Positions 35,103 through 47,636 of a stretch of 64,000 nt of DNA are shown piece by piece. The notes under the pieces are model-generated. The model did no database searches, was not told the origin of the DNA, and saw only the letters and a program-made list of their open reading frames with translations. The DNA is from Mobula birostris (lineage: Eukaryota). Location: contig NC_092376.1 in the NCBI RefSeq assembly GCF_030028105.1, positions 116,620,230 to 116,684,229 of the forward strand, in the 5' to 3' direction. The translations under genes and the position numbers were made by a program. Numbering within the stretch: the stretch's first letter is position 1; every line of letters starts with the position of its first letter.

Positions 35103-35720
35103 CTCAGACAATACTCTGCTAAGGAATTGGCGAGTTTAAGGACAGGTACAAATTGTTGAGGTAATGGGGTGGGGGGTGAGTACCGGAGTGTTTCTATCTA
35201 ATACACAGATGGGTGCCTCAGGGAGACAATTGTCCCAACACGCCATCAATAATGTCCTGAGATCACTGCTTGCTTCCCTTGAGCTTAATGCATCACTATG
35301 GATTTGGGTTCTGGCAGGAGTTAAACTGAGGTATCTACTCTTACCAAATGGAATTCAAAGCCCCAAGCAGAATGGAGCATGGTAGAGAATGGTGCTAAAG
35401 TTCTATGTCAGTAGCCTCTTATCACAGAAATATGATAGTTGGAACCCACCAGAGGACAGTGGAGTAACTTCTGGAATGGTGAGGCACATGGTAATGGAGG
35501 CAGTTTTTCCAGTTCAAGGAGTAGCTGTTGGTCATCCTGTAAGTACAGTGATTCAATCATTACAAGGACTAGAGAATGTAGAACAGGGTGCACGTATCCA
35601 GGTTAGATAAGCAGATGGGGAGTGGGAGATCTTGCATATTCCATAAAGAAATGTTTTTAGCATTGTTTAAAGCTGAGTTCCAGAGGAGCAGGTAAATGGC
35701 GAGTGCAAAGTGGAGGAAGT
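35103..35720 (+). pseudogene. Class III (ERV-L/ERV-S-like) gag remnant
   Basis: LRQYSAKELASLR; NASLWIWVLAGVKLRYL; QAEWSMVENGAKVL; WNPPEDSGVT; HKEMFLALFKAE, in the order of ERV-L gag motifs; stops and frameshifts. Confidence 0.65.
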
Positions 35721-35933
35721 TCTGTATGGAAAAGCGAAAAAGGGAGAATGTTGAGGGGGAAGGGTCTTTCTTCAAGTTCTCTGCAGATAAGGGTTCTTTT
35801 TGTCATCTGCCAGTTTCCTCGCCTTGCATTCAGGGTTCCCTGCTAATGATCACCAGCAGCAGCAGTCCAGGGATGGTTAATATATTCACATCCCATTGTT
35901 GTAGGGAGGGGGTGGTTGGTGGATTCACAACCC

Positions 35934-35935
<2 letters not shown>

Positions 35936-35970
<35 letters not shown>

Positions 35971-35971
35971 A

Positions 35972-36020
<49 letters not shown>
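35936..36020. repeat. (TG)n microsatellite, interrupted
   Basis: About 42 dinucleotide units with one gcatgc interruption. Confidence 0.98.
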
Positions 36021-36021
<1 letters not shown>

Positions 36022-36969
36022 GACTTTGACTTTAAGAGACTCTGGTCCCACCCAGTTGCTTTTTCCTAATCAGTTGTTCTCCAATAAGTGCTACTTCTCT
36101 GAATTAACTGTCTGGTTTAAGTTTTTGCAGTTCTATAGGAAGTGTTAAAGAAGATGAGTACAATCCAGATTTTGTGATTTATGTTTTGTGTTTAATCCAT
36201 TTGTTTCTTGTTTTCTAAACCTGTTACATGTTTATTGTGTTTTAATATGGTAATTAATTTAGGGATGTCTCATTACACACTGGCCATATGAAATGTGAGT
36301 TGAAACTTGGTGGGAGTTTGGGTAACTTTATTCCGGATATGAGATGCCCACATTTCCAAGGGAATTGAGCATTTGTAGTTTTATTGTTTTTGGGTTTGTT
36401 AAATATCCAGTGACTAATCAGGAGCGAGTGTATTTCTATCTCCCTGCTTTACAGAATGGCAAAGTGGTGATCGTTGATTTGTGGTGGGAGATCCCGTTAT
36501 ACATTCCTGTGATTAGCGTTTGAATTTGAACACTGGACCAATGGGTCAGATTGTTAAATTTGTATGAAAAATCCTTTCAACATTGCAGAAGGATGCCACT
36601 GATATCGCTCCCTTCGATGACAAAGAAAAGCCTGTTGGGAGAAATTATCTAGCTTCTCGGGTTTTGGCATTCTGTTTTGGGGGAGCAGAGAGGGAGTAGT
36701 CTATCCCAACCACCCTCAACCCACAGAATGGTAACAGGCTTAAGGGACCTGAGCTTTGATAGTCCTGGTGGTGTGTGCGCTTTAAGGGCTGAAATTTCCC
36801 TACATACCATTTGTTTAATTGGAATGCCCTGACACTTAATGTGATCTTCCCAGCTGACAGAGTGTGAGTGTGGGTGTTGAGTACAGGTACAACGTGCAAG
36901 GTGGATGGCAAGTGTGAGCAGGAACAGTATCCTGGGATGACTGTGTCCATGCCAGATGGTGTTTTGAGG

Positions 36970-37490
36970 CTGGGCACTTGTTGGAAGCTGAATGGCACTT
37001 ACTGGATACGCAGTTCCTAGGCCTACCCGTTGTTTCCACAGGGTGGTGCGGTTGATATGTGGTGGGGGATGTATGCCACCCTAGTGCCCGGGATGAACAC
37101 TTGCCTACGCCGGTTGGTAAGAGGACTATTTCAAAAGAAGGAAGATTTTGAGTAATAGCCTTTCTCTGCATGGTACAGCCAGACTGTCACAGGGACTGAT
37201 TTTGATGGCCTTGGATTACCTGCTCACAAAGGAAAGTGTCACTTGTACGGTTATTGGTTAAGGATGCTGGATCTACATTTCTGGTGGGTCAGGTAAAATC
37301 TCTCACCTGGTTGATCAAATTAAATGGGAGACTAGCTCATTGGCTATTACACTCTAGGGTAGGGCTGGTGGCCTCTTGGAGTAGAGGGAGGCTAGTGGAC
37401 ACTATAGTATACCGGGAGGTGACTGTTGGGTTTACAGTACTGGGTATTGTACTCTCGTGTTTTATGTATAACTTAGTTGGGAGTTCATGA
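36970..37490 (+). pseudogene. Gamma-type env remnant (SU C-terminus, ISD, CX6CC, TM anchor)
   Basis: CWKLNGTYWI..AYPLFP; from 37205 MALDYLLTKESVTCTVIG*GCWIYISGGSGKISHLVDQIK; then VTVGFTVLGIVLSCFMY in another frame. Confidence 0.85.
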
Positions 37491-37591
37491 GAGTCATACT
37501 AGTCTGAGAGTTGGATCATCACTTTCGCTTCTTCCGTGTCCTGTGCAGTGTGCCTTATTCTAATTGTTGAAAGTTACTTCCATTATGATTA

Positions 37592-39561
37592 AGCAACACA
37601 CACAAAATGCTGGTGGAATGCAGCAGGCCAGGCAGCATCTATTGGAAGAAGTACAATTGACGTTTCGGATTGAGACCCTTCGTCAGGACTAACGGAAAAA
37701 ATATACAGTAAGAGATTTGAAAGTGGGAGGGGAGGGGGAGACCCGAAATGATAGGAGAAGACAGGAGGGGGAGGGATGAAGCCAAGAGCTGGGAAGTTGA
37801 TTGGCAAAAGGAATACAAGTCTGGAGAAGGGGGAATATCATTGGATGGAAGGCCTTGGAAGAAAGAAAGGGGGATGGGAGCACCAGAGGAAGATGGAGAA
37901 CAGGCAAGGAGTTATTGTGAGAGGGAAAGAGAGAAAAAAGAAAGATAGATAGATAAATAAATAAACAAATAAATAAATAAAGGATGGGGTAAGAAGGGCA
38001 GGTGGGGCATTAACGGAAGTTAGAGAAATCAATGTTCATGCCATCAGGTTGGAGGCTACCTAGATGGAATAGAAAGTGTTGTTCCTCCAACCTGAGTGTG
38101 GTTTCATCTCGATAGTAGAGGAGGCCATAGATTAACATATCAGAATAGGAATGGGACATGGGATTAAAACGTGTGGCCACTGAGAGATCCTGTTTTCTCT
38201 GGCGGATAGAGCGTATCTGTTCTTCGAAGCGGTCTCCCAATCTGCGTCGGTCTTGCCAATATATAGAAGTCCACACCAGGTGCACCGGACACAGTATATC
38301 ACACCAGCAGACTCACAGGTGAACTGTCGCATCACCTGGACTGTCTGGGGCCCTGAATGGTGGTGAGGGAGGAAGTGTAAGGGCAGGTGTAGCACTTGTT
38401 CCGCTTAGGTGGATAAGTACCAGGAGGGAGATCATTGGGAAGGGATGCGGGGGACGAATGGACAAGGGAGTTGCGTGGGGAGCAATCCCTGCAGAAAGCA
38501 GAAAGTGGGGTGGGGGGAGGGAAAGATGTGCTTGGTGGTGGGATCCCATTGGAGATGACGGAAGTTGTGGAGAATTATATGTTGGATCCGGAGGCTGGTG
38601 GGGTGGTAGGTGAGGACAAGAAGAATCCTATCCCTAGTGGGGTGGCGGGAGGATGGGATGAGAGCAGATGTGCGTGAAATGGGAGAGATGCGTTCGAGGG
38701 CAGAGTTGATGGTGGAGGAAGGGAAGCCCCTTTCTTTAAAAAAGGAGGACATCTCCTTCATCCTTGAATGAAAAGCCTCATTCTGAGAGCAGATGTGGCG
38801 GAGACGGAGAAATTGAGAGAAGGGGATGGCATTTTTACAAGTGACAGAGTGGGAAGAGGAATAGTCCAGGTAGCTGTGAGAGTCCATGGGCTTATCATAG
38901 ACATCAGTAGATAAGCTGTCTCCAGAGACAGAGACAGAGAGATCAAGGAAGGGGAAGAAGATATCGGAAATGGACCAGGTAAATTTGAGGGCAGGGTGGA
39001 AGTTGGAGGCAAAGTTGATGAAGTCAACGAACTCAGCATGCTTGCAGGAAGCAGCACCAATGCAGTCATCGATGTAGCGAAGGAAAAGTGGGGGACGGAT
39101 ACCAGTATAGGCTTAGAACATGGACTGTTCCACAAAGCCAACAAAAAGGCAGGCATAGCTGGGACCCATATGGCTGCCAATGGCTAGACCTTTAGTTTGA
39201 AGGAAGTGGGAGGAGCCAAAGGAGAAATTATTAAGAGTAAGGACCAATTCCGCTAGATGGAGGAGAGTGGTGGTAGAGGAGAACTAGTTGGGTCTGGAAT
39301 CCACAGGTAAATGGAGAGCTTTGAGACCTTCCTGGTGGGGGATGGAGGTATATAGGGATTGGACATCCATGGTGAAAGTAAGACGATGGGGGTCAGGGAA
39401 CTTGAAATCATTGAAAATGTCCAGAGCATGAGAAATGTCACGAACATTGGTGGGAAGGGATTGAACAAGGGTGGATAAAACAGTGTCGAGGTATGCAGAA
39501 ATAAGTTCGGTGGAGTAGGAGCAAACTGAAACAATGGGTCTACCTGGACAGACAGGGATGC
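37592..39561 (-). mobile_element. Penelope-like element (partial RT, GIY-YIG, pLTR) inserted in the ERV 3' LTR
   Basis: GRPIVS..TMDVQSLYTSIPH (RT); SYLDYSSSH; GIY-YIG at 38010-38395; diverged 14-bp TSD 37578-37591 / 39562-39575. Confidence 0.92.
37655..37690 (-). ncRNA. Hammerhead motif, probably impaired
   Basis: AGUC-CUGACGA...GAAAC-GUC core intact but stem I partner is AAUU and stem II is mismatched. Confidence 0.45.
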
Positions 39562-41579
39562 CTCCATTGCGATTAGTTAGTTTAGGAGCTGCAGCATCTT
39601 TTCCCATTGGATAACTGCCTGGTGGTCCAGTTTCAAATATCCTGGGTATATAAAATTGCACATGGAAGAGGCTTTCCCTCTTCTTCCTTTGTTTAAGGCA
39701 AGGATGCACATGATGATTGGGAAGGTATGCTCTGCACATACTTTTAACTAAGTCTGTTTGTCAAATATCCATGTGTTTGTTGGGATTTGTAGTGTCTGTG
39801 ACTGGGGAACATGAATATTTGGTCGTATTTTTACTGTTTGTAAATAAATGATTAAAATACCTATTCAAGGTCAGTGCAACGCCTGTCTCACTTGCCGGAC
39901 CTGCGAATCTGATTCAACATTGCAAGCAAACCAAGGGACTTGGTCGAGTTATTTTTTGTGTAATGTATTGTGAATGGACTTTCAGTGGATGACCCACCAT
40001 TTCATCCAATGAGCCAAGAAACAGGATGGCGAGCCACCCAAGATCGAGGAACCAGCGCGGGTCTGAATGCTTCAAGATGTGGAGGATTTAATATGGTTGG
40101 ATGTATAAGCTTATTTTTCATTCGGAGGATCTGATTTGATTTTATGGAAGAACTAATTATTTTTGCAAGAACTTTGATCAGTGACTGAATGAGATTTACT
40201 TAGTTTAAAAGTTGTGATGTTGGAGAATTTGTTGTGAAAAGAGTTAAGCTGTATCGATATATATTTGGGGTTGAATTTGAATTTGTAGATATACTGACCT
40301 GAACTGAAACTGAGGTTAACCATAATACTTGAAAATAGGAATTCAATTAGCTTCCTAACTAACTAGGGATAAATAAAAAGGCAAGTGTTAGTCTGTAAAC
40401 CTTTGAATAGAGAATAACATTAAATCTAATTAGAGAAATGGAGTAACAAAGGATATTCTAATGAATCTCACTGATTCTTACTAAAAAGAAATTTGGTTTC
40501 CATTTGATATCTGAGATTTGGAAGCTAAAATGCAATGTTGAAATTTTGAATTATTCTTTCTCATGTAAATATTTTATATATATTGCTATTTTCTATAAAT
40601 AAAATTTACCCCCAGAAGCGTGTGTTTTCTATTCACTGCCTCCTTTCGATACCTAGAGCTTCTGATGGCCCACTAGCACCTGGTGTAGGTCTATGCAATT
40701 TGATTTTTCTCAGTCACACAAGATAAAACAAGTGCTACACAGGTGTTACATTATTGTCAGTGTCCTATTGTACAACCGCACTATCATAACCATTTACATT
40801 CGTCCAATGCAATTCCCCTCAGTTCCTCAGGATCACAGTCATGCCTCAGTTTTCTTCCTACAAAGAGTCATATTTTTCTGTGGTCTCATCCCTCCTGATA
40901 AGGCACATCAAATTCAACAAGTCAGGTATGATTACTCAAATAGAAGACAAAAATATAACGCAGAATAAGGGATGCATCTCAAGATCCACTCCAGAATCTA
41001 ACCAGGATGAATTATCTCAGTACTCCCAACATCATCACATCATTTTGTGGTTTATTAACCCAAATTAAGCCAATGATTCTGAAATCATTCAGTTCCTTCA
41101 GTAACGCCATTAAGTCTTTTAAGACATATATCATTCATTGATAAATAAGTACATCAAAAATAATACATGCACATAATCCAAAAACTCTGTCGAAAATACT
41201 AAAATAGAAAATACCATTTTCAAAAAGGCAATCCAGGCTGAAGCATTGTGAATTTCAATAAACAGTTCTGATATGACATTCTGCTATTTTTCCATCACAA
41301 TTCATATAAGTGAGGGGCAATTTTCAGTTACTTTCCTGGCATATATCAATTCTCCTTCAACGCCAATTTATAGATGGAGCAATATGCTCAGACATTGTAA
41401 TCTGTGGTGTTGCCATCTCTCCAGAGAAGGTCAGTTTTATTTGTAGTTCCAAAAAATGCTTTCATGCCGTGAAGTTGGAGCGCATCAGCCATGTACAAGT
41501 AGTTTAATGGTGTTTGTACATTTCTTCGGCTTACATTTGTAAATGCCTGTTGAAGTCTGTATTGATCAGATGAAAACCA

Positions 41580-41705
41580 TCATAACTTTTCAGTTATGTA
41601 ATGATTTGTTACTTTGATGACATTGTCACATAGCTGGAGTCCAGAAGAAAGGATATTGTTCCCATAAACAAAAATTTCATGCTTTCTTTCCAGTTCATAA
41701 CTTTT
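41580..41705 (-). CDS. Candidate terminal cytoplasmic exon of TIM copy 3
   Basis: ctttacAG acceptor, phase 0, KSYELERKHEIFVYGNN...HYITEKL*; AATAAA downstream at 41436-41441 and 41051-41056. Confidence 0.3.
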   Translation of the reverse strand, partial: KSYELERKHEIFVYGNNILSSGLQLCDNVIKVTNHYITEKL

Positions 41706-42228
41706 CTGTAAAGTTTGGTACTAACTCTGGATCCTGCACTCTCACTTGGGATGGGTATTTCAGTCAACATATGTGGTCAATCTTTGGTTCACTATGGGAA
41801 GGCCTTCCCATGGACATCAAAGTGATTGCTGCAAGGGTATGGAGTCTCTCACGGGCTTGGTGCTGCTCCTGTTCAGACAGATGGAGGATGTGCCTGAGTG
41901 ACACAAAAATGCAGAACACTGATGAGTGAACCTTAGATGTTGTACTTGAACTACACAGACTGCAGTTCATGGTGATATAACGAGCAAATACTTCACTTGT
42001 GCATAATAAGGGAAACATCTTTATCAAAATTGTTCTTTCTTTGCATATTTACCAGTGAATCTGAAGAAAGAATATAATGTTGTGCAATCCACTCACTGAC
42101 TGATGTTCATTTATAATCAAATTGAAGTAAACCTCAATAAGTAGAAAAATGAATTTTCTCCACTCAAATTACATACCAAAGCAGTCTCAGTGACTGTCAG
42201 AATGCCATGTTGGTTCTATAAAAAAAGA

Positions 42229-44260
42229 CCATTAGACCATAAGACATGGAAGCAGAACTTGGCTATTTGGTCCATCGAGTCAGCTTCGCCATTCAATCAT
42301 GGCTGATCTATTTTCCCTTCCTCAGCCACACTCCCCACCCTTCTCCCTGTAATCTTTGATGCTGTGGCCAATCAAGAACCTATCAAGCTTTGTTTTAAAT
42401 ACACCCAACAACCTGGTCTCCAAAGCTGCCTGTAGTAATAAATTCCACAAATTCTCCACCCTCTGGCTAAAGAAATTTCTCCACATCTCTGCTTTAAATG
42501 GACGCCCCTCTATCATGAGGCTGTGCCCTCTTGTCCTAAACTCCCCCGCCATTGGAAACATCGTTTCCACATCTAATCTGTCTAGGCCTTTCAACATTCG
42601 AAAGGTTTCAATGAGATCCCCCCGTCATCCTTCTAAATTCCAGCAAGTACAGACCCAGAGCTATCAAACATTCCTCATATGATAATCCTTTCATTCCCCG
42701 AGTCATCCCTGTGAAACTCCTCTGAACCCTCTCCAATGCCAGCATATCTTTTCTTAGATGAGGAGCTCAAAACTGTTCACAATACTCAAGGTGAGCTCTC
42801 ATCAGTGCCTCATAAAGCCTCAGCATCACATCCCTGCTCTTGTATTCTAGACCACTTGAAAAGAATGTTATCATTGCATTTGCCTTCCTCACCACCAACT
42901 CAACCTGCAAGTTAACCTTTAGGGTATTCTGCCCAAGGACTCCCAAGTCACTTTGCAGCTCAGATTTTGGGATTTTCTCCCCATTTAGGAAAGAGTCTGC
43001 ATATTTACTTCTAACACAGTGCATGACCACGCATTTTCCAACATTGTATTTCATTCGCCACTTCCTTGCCCATTCTCCTAATCTGTCTAAGTCCTTCTAC
43101 AGCCTTCCTGCTTCCTCAACACTACCTGCCCCTCCACCAATCTTCATATCATCTGCAAACCTGGCAACAAAGCTATGTATTCCATCATCTAAATCATCGA
43201 TATGCAGCATAAAAAGAAGCAGTCCCAACACCAAACCCTGCAGAAAACCAGTAGCCACTGGCAGCCAACCAGAAAAGGATCCTTTTATTCCCACTCACTG
43301 CCTCCTACCAATCAGCCAATGCTCTAACCATGCCAGTAACTTTCCTGTAATGCCATGGTTTCTTAATATGGTAAGCAGTCTCATGTGTGGCACCTTGTCA
43401 AAAGCCTTCTGAGAGTCCAAATATACAACATCCACTGCATCCCCCTTATCTATCCTATGAGTAATCTCTTCAAAGAATTCCAACATATCCATCAGGCAAG
43501 ATTTTCCCTTAAGGAAACCATGCTCACTTTGTCCTATCTTGTCCTGTGTCACCAAGTACCCTACAACCTCATCTTTACCAATTGACTCCAACATCTTCGC
43601 AACCACTGAGGTCAGGATAACTGGTCTATGATTTCCCGTCTGCTGCTTTTTCCTTTCTTAAAGAGTGGTGTGACATTTGCAATTTTCCAGTCCTCTGGCA
43701 CCATGCCAGAGTCCAATGATTTTTGAAAGATCATCAATATTTCCTCCACAATCTCTATTGCTACCTCTTTCAGAACCCTAGGTTCCAGTTCATCTGGTCT
43801 GGGTGACTTATGTACCCTTAAGTCTTTCAGCTTTTTGAGCACCTTCTCCTTTGTAATAATAACTGCACTCACTTCTCTTCCCTCTCACCTTTCAACACCC
43901 AGCACACTGCTAGTGTAATCCACAGTGAAGACTGATGGAAAACACTCATTCAGTTCATCTGCTACCTCCTTGTTCCATGTTAGTATTTTTCCAGCCTCAT
44001 TTTCTAGCGGTCCTATATCCACTCTCTTCTGTCTTTTATTTTTAACATACTTGAAAAAGCTTTTACTATCCACTTTGATATTGTTTGCCATTTTGCTTTC
44101 ATATTTCATCTTTTCCATCCTGCTGATTCTTTTAGTTGCTCTCTGAAGGGTTTTAAAAGCTTCCCAATCCTCTATCTTCTCACTATTTTTTTCTTTGTTG
44201 CCTGCTCTTTTGCTTACATTAGATTTGACTTCCCTTGTAAGCCATGGTTGTATGAAATAA
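42229..44260 (-). mobile_element. CR1-clade LINE (RT plus 3' end), decayed
   Basis: ORFs 42322-44118: YLDSQKAFDKVPH, FADD, RAHLEYC, FSQRVENLWN. Confidence 0.92.
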
Positions 44261-44783
44261 CACTGTAGTCAATTATCATTGAAGAATGAATGTTGGAGAT
44301 GTGAGATGGGTCTCAGTGTCTGGGGGAAAGGAGGTGGCTTCAGATTCTCTAAGATTGTCTGAAAGTGTACCAGTCCAGTCAGAAGATGGTGGATGGTTAG
44401 ATACATGGGGAGATGCATTGGTTCAGCTCCTCTCTCTTCAAAGGGTTGTAAATAGAATGTCATTCTTTCATTTTTCAGATCTCTTTTGCCTGCAATGATT
44501 GTTCAATGCTTCTACTTTCTTGTCTGTTCTGTTGTGTTTGCCATGCATATTAATGAATTGGAAGGAAATGTGGATGGGATGATTGGTAAACCATGCCGTG
44601 TCTCTGGGAACTGTGACTGAAGAGTGAATCTTGAGTGTGCAAGTTCATAGTTCCCTAAAAGTGTGAACACAGGTGGACAGAGAGGAGACAAATGTGTGTA
44701 GTATGACAACTATACATTATGACCAGAGAACAAAGGAAATGGGAATAAGCTGTTTACAAGTTTCACACAGATACCGGGAGTAC

Positions 44784-44809
44784 CTCATTGAGTAGAGACA
44801 TGGTCTTAT
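44784..44809 (-). CDS. Candidate 26-nt juxtamembrane exon of TIM copy 3
   Basis: ctcatgtttccttcagtgtAG acceptor; phase 1 to 0, (H)KTMSLLNE; GAG|GTAC donor; the proximal AG would give L-stop. Confidence 0.35.
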
Positions 44810-44973
44810 CTACACTGAAGGAAACATGAGAGTCACATATCTAACCTTTGTAATTACTTTGCTCAAATAAAGTATTTTACTTCAAATAAATATCATCATC
44901 ACATGTGAAGAGCAACTTTACATAAATATCTTAACAAAATGTTTTGAATATTAAATATTAATTTGTCACTTAC

Positions 44974-45079
44974 GTTTCCACTTGCAAAGCAGCACGGTGA
45001 TGGAAAGAAAAGAGACGAAAACTGAGACACGAGCGGTCCAGCAAAGCAGAAAAATCAGGTTGGCAAGCTCACCAGGAAC
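44974..45079 (-). CDS. Transmembrane exon of TIM copy 3
   Basis: ttgttctctgtttcAG acceptor, GTAAGT donor; VPGELANLIFLLCWTARVSVFVSFLSITVLLCKWK, hydrophobic stretch with basic stop-transfer end. Confidence 0.75.
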
Positions 45080-45372
45080 CTGAAACAGAGAACAAGACCT
45101 ATTTTCTCAGCTTTAAATTTAAAATGAGCGAACTGCAAGCACTGTATAATGCCGACATGGCTTCCTTAAAGTCTGCATGCACAGTGTGGAGTGTTGTAAA
45201 GACGTATTAAAGATATCCATTAAGATGTACGTTTAGCTGAATCCCTCAGCACCCGGCAACTTTGTATGGATTTATCCTGGCTAGGATCCTCCTCAGCTTG
45301 GCTGTGGTCACACAGGGTTGTAAAAAGAGATGGAAATGAGCCATTAGGAGAAGGCAATAGTGAACTGTTCAC

Positions 45373-45405
45373 CATGGTAGGGCTGGGAGAACTGATCTTC
45401 ATTTT
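45373..45405 (-). CDS. Optional candidate mucin-like exon of TIM copy 3
   Basis: Phase 0-0 KMKISSPSPTM using a distal TAG acceptor and weak GTGAAC donor. Confidence 0.2.
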
Positions 45406-45872
45406 CTATTTCTGCTGTGAAATGTTGACAAATAAGAGCACGTGAGACAGCTGGAGCAGTAATAAGTTCTGAAATGTAATGGAACCCATCAGAAGCCTTT
45501 TAGAGATGATCGACATAAATTATCCACAGAAGAGCAGATCTGCTGGACGAATGTTCAGGAAATAGTGGGAAGTGTCAGTTGTGCAGGTCAATATCATGGA
45601 GAATGTTCCAAGGATGTAAAAACTGTGAGAAAGATGAATTATTTCCCAAGTTAAATCTTATACTGGTATATCCATCCATGTGGCTATCAGCATTATTGAT
45701 TGTACAATAAACCCTGTCACACAAATGAAGCATCTCCATTGCTCAGTCCTCAACACTTCAATTCAATAGATTCACCTCACCTTCATGCACTGAGCCCTGG
45801 TGCAAACTCATTGATTACGCATACAAGTGCATGGGCATAAAGGGCTCTTTTCTAGTTGGCTGCCTGTGACTA

Positions 45873-46770
45873 CTGGCATTCCAAAGGTTCATTTTATTGT
45901 CAGAGTATTCATGTAATACAACTCCGATATTGGTCTTTTCCAGATAGCCATGCAATGTAGAAACCAGTAACAATAACATCACACCGCCAAACCCCTCCCC
46001 TGCAAAAACAAACAGCAACAACAGCACCAAACTCCTAACCCCCTCAAACACACAAAAAAGGAGATCGCCAACACAGAAAAAACATCAAGAACATCAGATC
46101 CCAAATCCCTAACCCCTCCCTCATACAAAAACCAACACATTGTCCACCCAGAACCCTAACCAGCCAATTAGCAAGAAGCAAGAAAACATAAAAACCTGAA
46201 GGACTGCAAAATAAATTACTGACTAATAATCTCATACATCTCAGAATTTCGAGCATATCCTCCCACCAGAACCGTGAGAGTGACTGCTTGAACTCAGTCC
46301 CTCCATGTAGAGTGACCACCGCGCCACTGACCTGTGGCCTTCTGACCACTGCACTGCTGATCTGAGGCCTTCCGAACGCTGCTGAGCTGGCTACCAACCA
46401 CCGTCAATCCATGGTCTCCATGGAGAGCAACCACTGACCTCCTCCACGTTCACCATGATACTTCAATCTCCCTCAATGCTTCAAAATGGAGTTGATTATG
46501 GCCCCTCTCTGGTCTCCTGCATGAGGTAACCTGTACTATTTGAGGATTGCAACATGCCAGATAACCTGATCGAGCTCCAAACAACCCATCACAGGCTCTA
46601 ACAGTCTCCAAAACCATCAAGACAGAAACAAAGGGTTGAGAGGGTTTGATGTCTTTTCTTTTAACAACACCCATGGTTTTTCTGTATTTTGTGGCTATCT
46701 GGAGAAGACGAATATCAGAGTTGTATTGTACATGTCTACTTTGACAATAAAATAACCTTTGGAATGCCAG
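45873..46770. mobile_element. Element bounded by ~95-bp inverted repeats (MITE-like or fold-back)
   Basis: ctggcattccaaaggtt...ccagatagcca at left and its reverse complement ending cctttggaatgccag at right; third arm at ~47961-48020. Confidence 0.6.
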
Positions 46771-46949
46771 AACTTTGAAAGTTCTACATCTTTGTAGAAA
46801 AAGTTAAATAATTGGAGAGATTGGCTACCTGGAAGATGTTGCCTGAGGAGCCGTTGTTTGCTGGCACCATCTTGACTGGAAGTGTCGGGTGCAAAGAGAC
46901 ATGAGAGTCCTAATGTAGGATTCCATAGATTTTAGCTTTCAGTTTGAGT

Positions 46950-47460
46950 TAGTGATGAGGAAAGAAATATAATGTTAGCAATTATTTGGAGTGAACTGGA
47001 ATATGAAGCAAGGATGTAATGCTGAGGCTTGATAAGGTGCTTGTCAACATATTTGGAATCTTTTGGGCACTTTTGGGCCTCATATCTAAGGAAATATGTG
47101 TTGACATTAGAAAGAGTCCTGAGGAGGTTTATGAGAATGACCCGGGAATGCAAGGCTTGATGTATGAGGAATGTTTGATGGTTCTGGGTCTGTAATTGCT
47201 GCAAGTTTAGAAGAATAAGTTGAGATCTCATTAAAACCCACTGAATATCGAAAGGCCGGAATGGACTGGAAATGGAGAGGATGTTTCCAATAGTGAGAGA
47301 GTTTTGGACAAGAAGGGGACAACATCAGAATAAAAAGGACATCCCTTTAGAATAGAGATTAGTGGGAATATTTTTAGCTGTAGGGTGGTGAATCTGTGGA
47401 ATTCATTGTCAGAGATGGTATATATATTAAATATATACATTTAAAGTGGAGGTTAATATA
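46950..47460 (+). mobile_element. Decayed CR1 3' fragment
   Basis: gggcctcatatctaaggaa...tttagctgtagggtggtgaatctgtggaattc typical CR1 terminal region. Confidence 0.7.
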
Positions 47461-47636
47461 TTCTTGATTAGTAAGGGTGCAAGAGACTGCAGACTTGAGG
47501 GGCCAAATTCTAATTCTGCTCCTGTCCTCCTCCTCTTGTTATGGTCTTATGGTCTCCCCTCCCTTCACCAGGAACCAAACAGAGTTCTGCTTTCACTTCA
47601 GAACAATCTCTTCAATTATTTAACTTTTTCTATGAA

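Larger units (their letters stand above)
32440..39919 (+). mobile_element. Decayed endogenous retrovirus: LTR-PBS-gag-(no pol seen)-env-LTR
   Basis: Paired ~390-bp LTRs (32440-32590 + ~34061-34299; 37542-37591 + 39576-39919) with ATTGG and TATA motifs (AATAAA clear in the 3' LTR); gag and env remnants between them. Confidence 0.8.

Noticed and set aside
35830-36148. ORFs with CV/HT repeats (and SL repeats at 56214-56543)
   Set aside because: Microsatellite translations.
41100-41580. Low-stop reading frame continuing past the candidate terminal exon
   Set aside because: Several stops and no recognisable family; compatible with chance in a 3' UTR.
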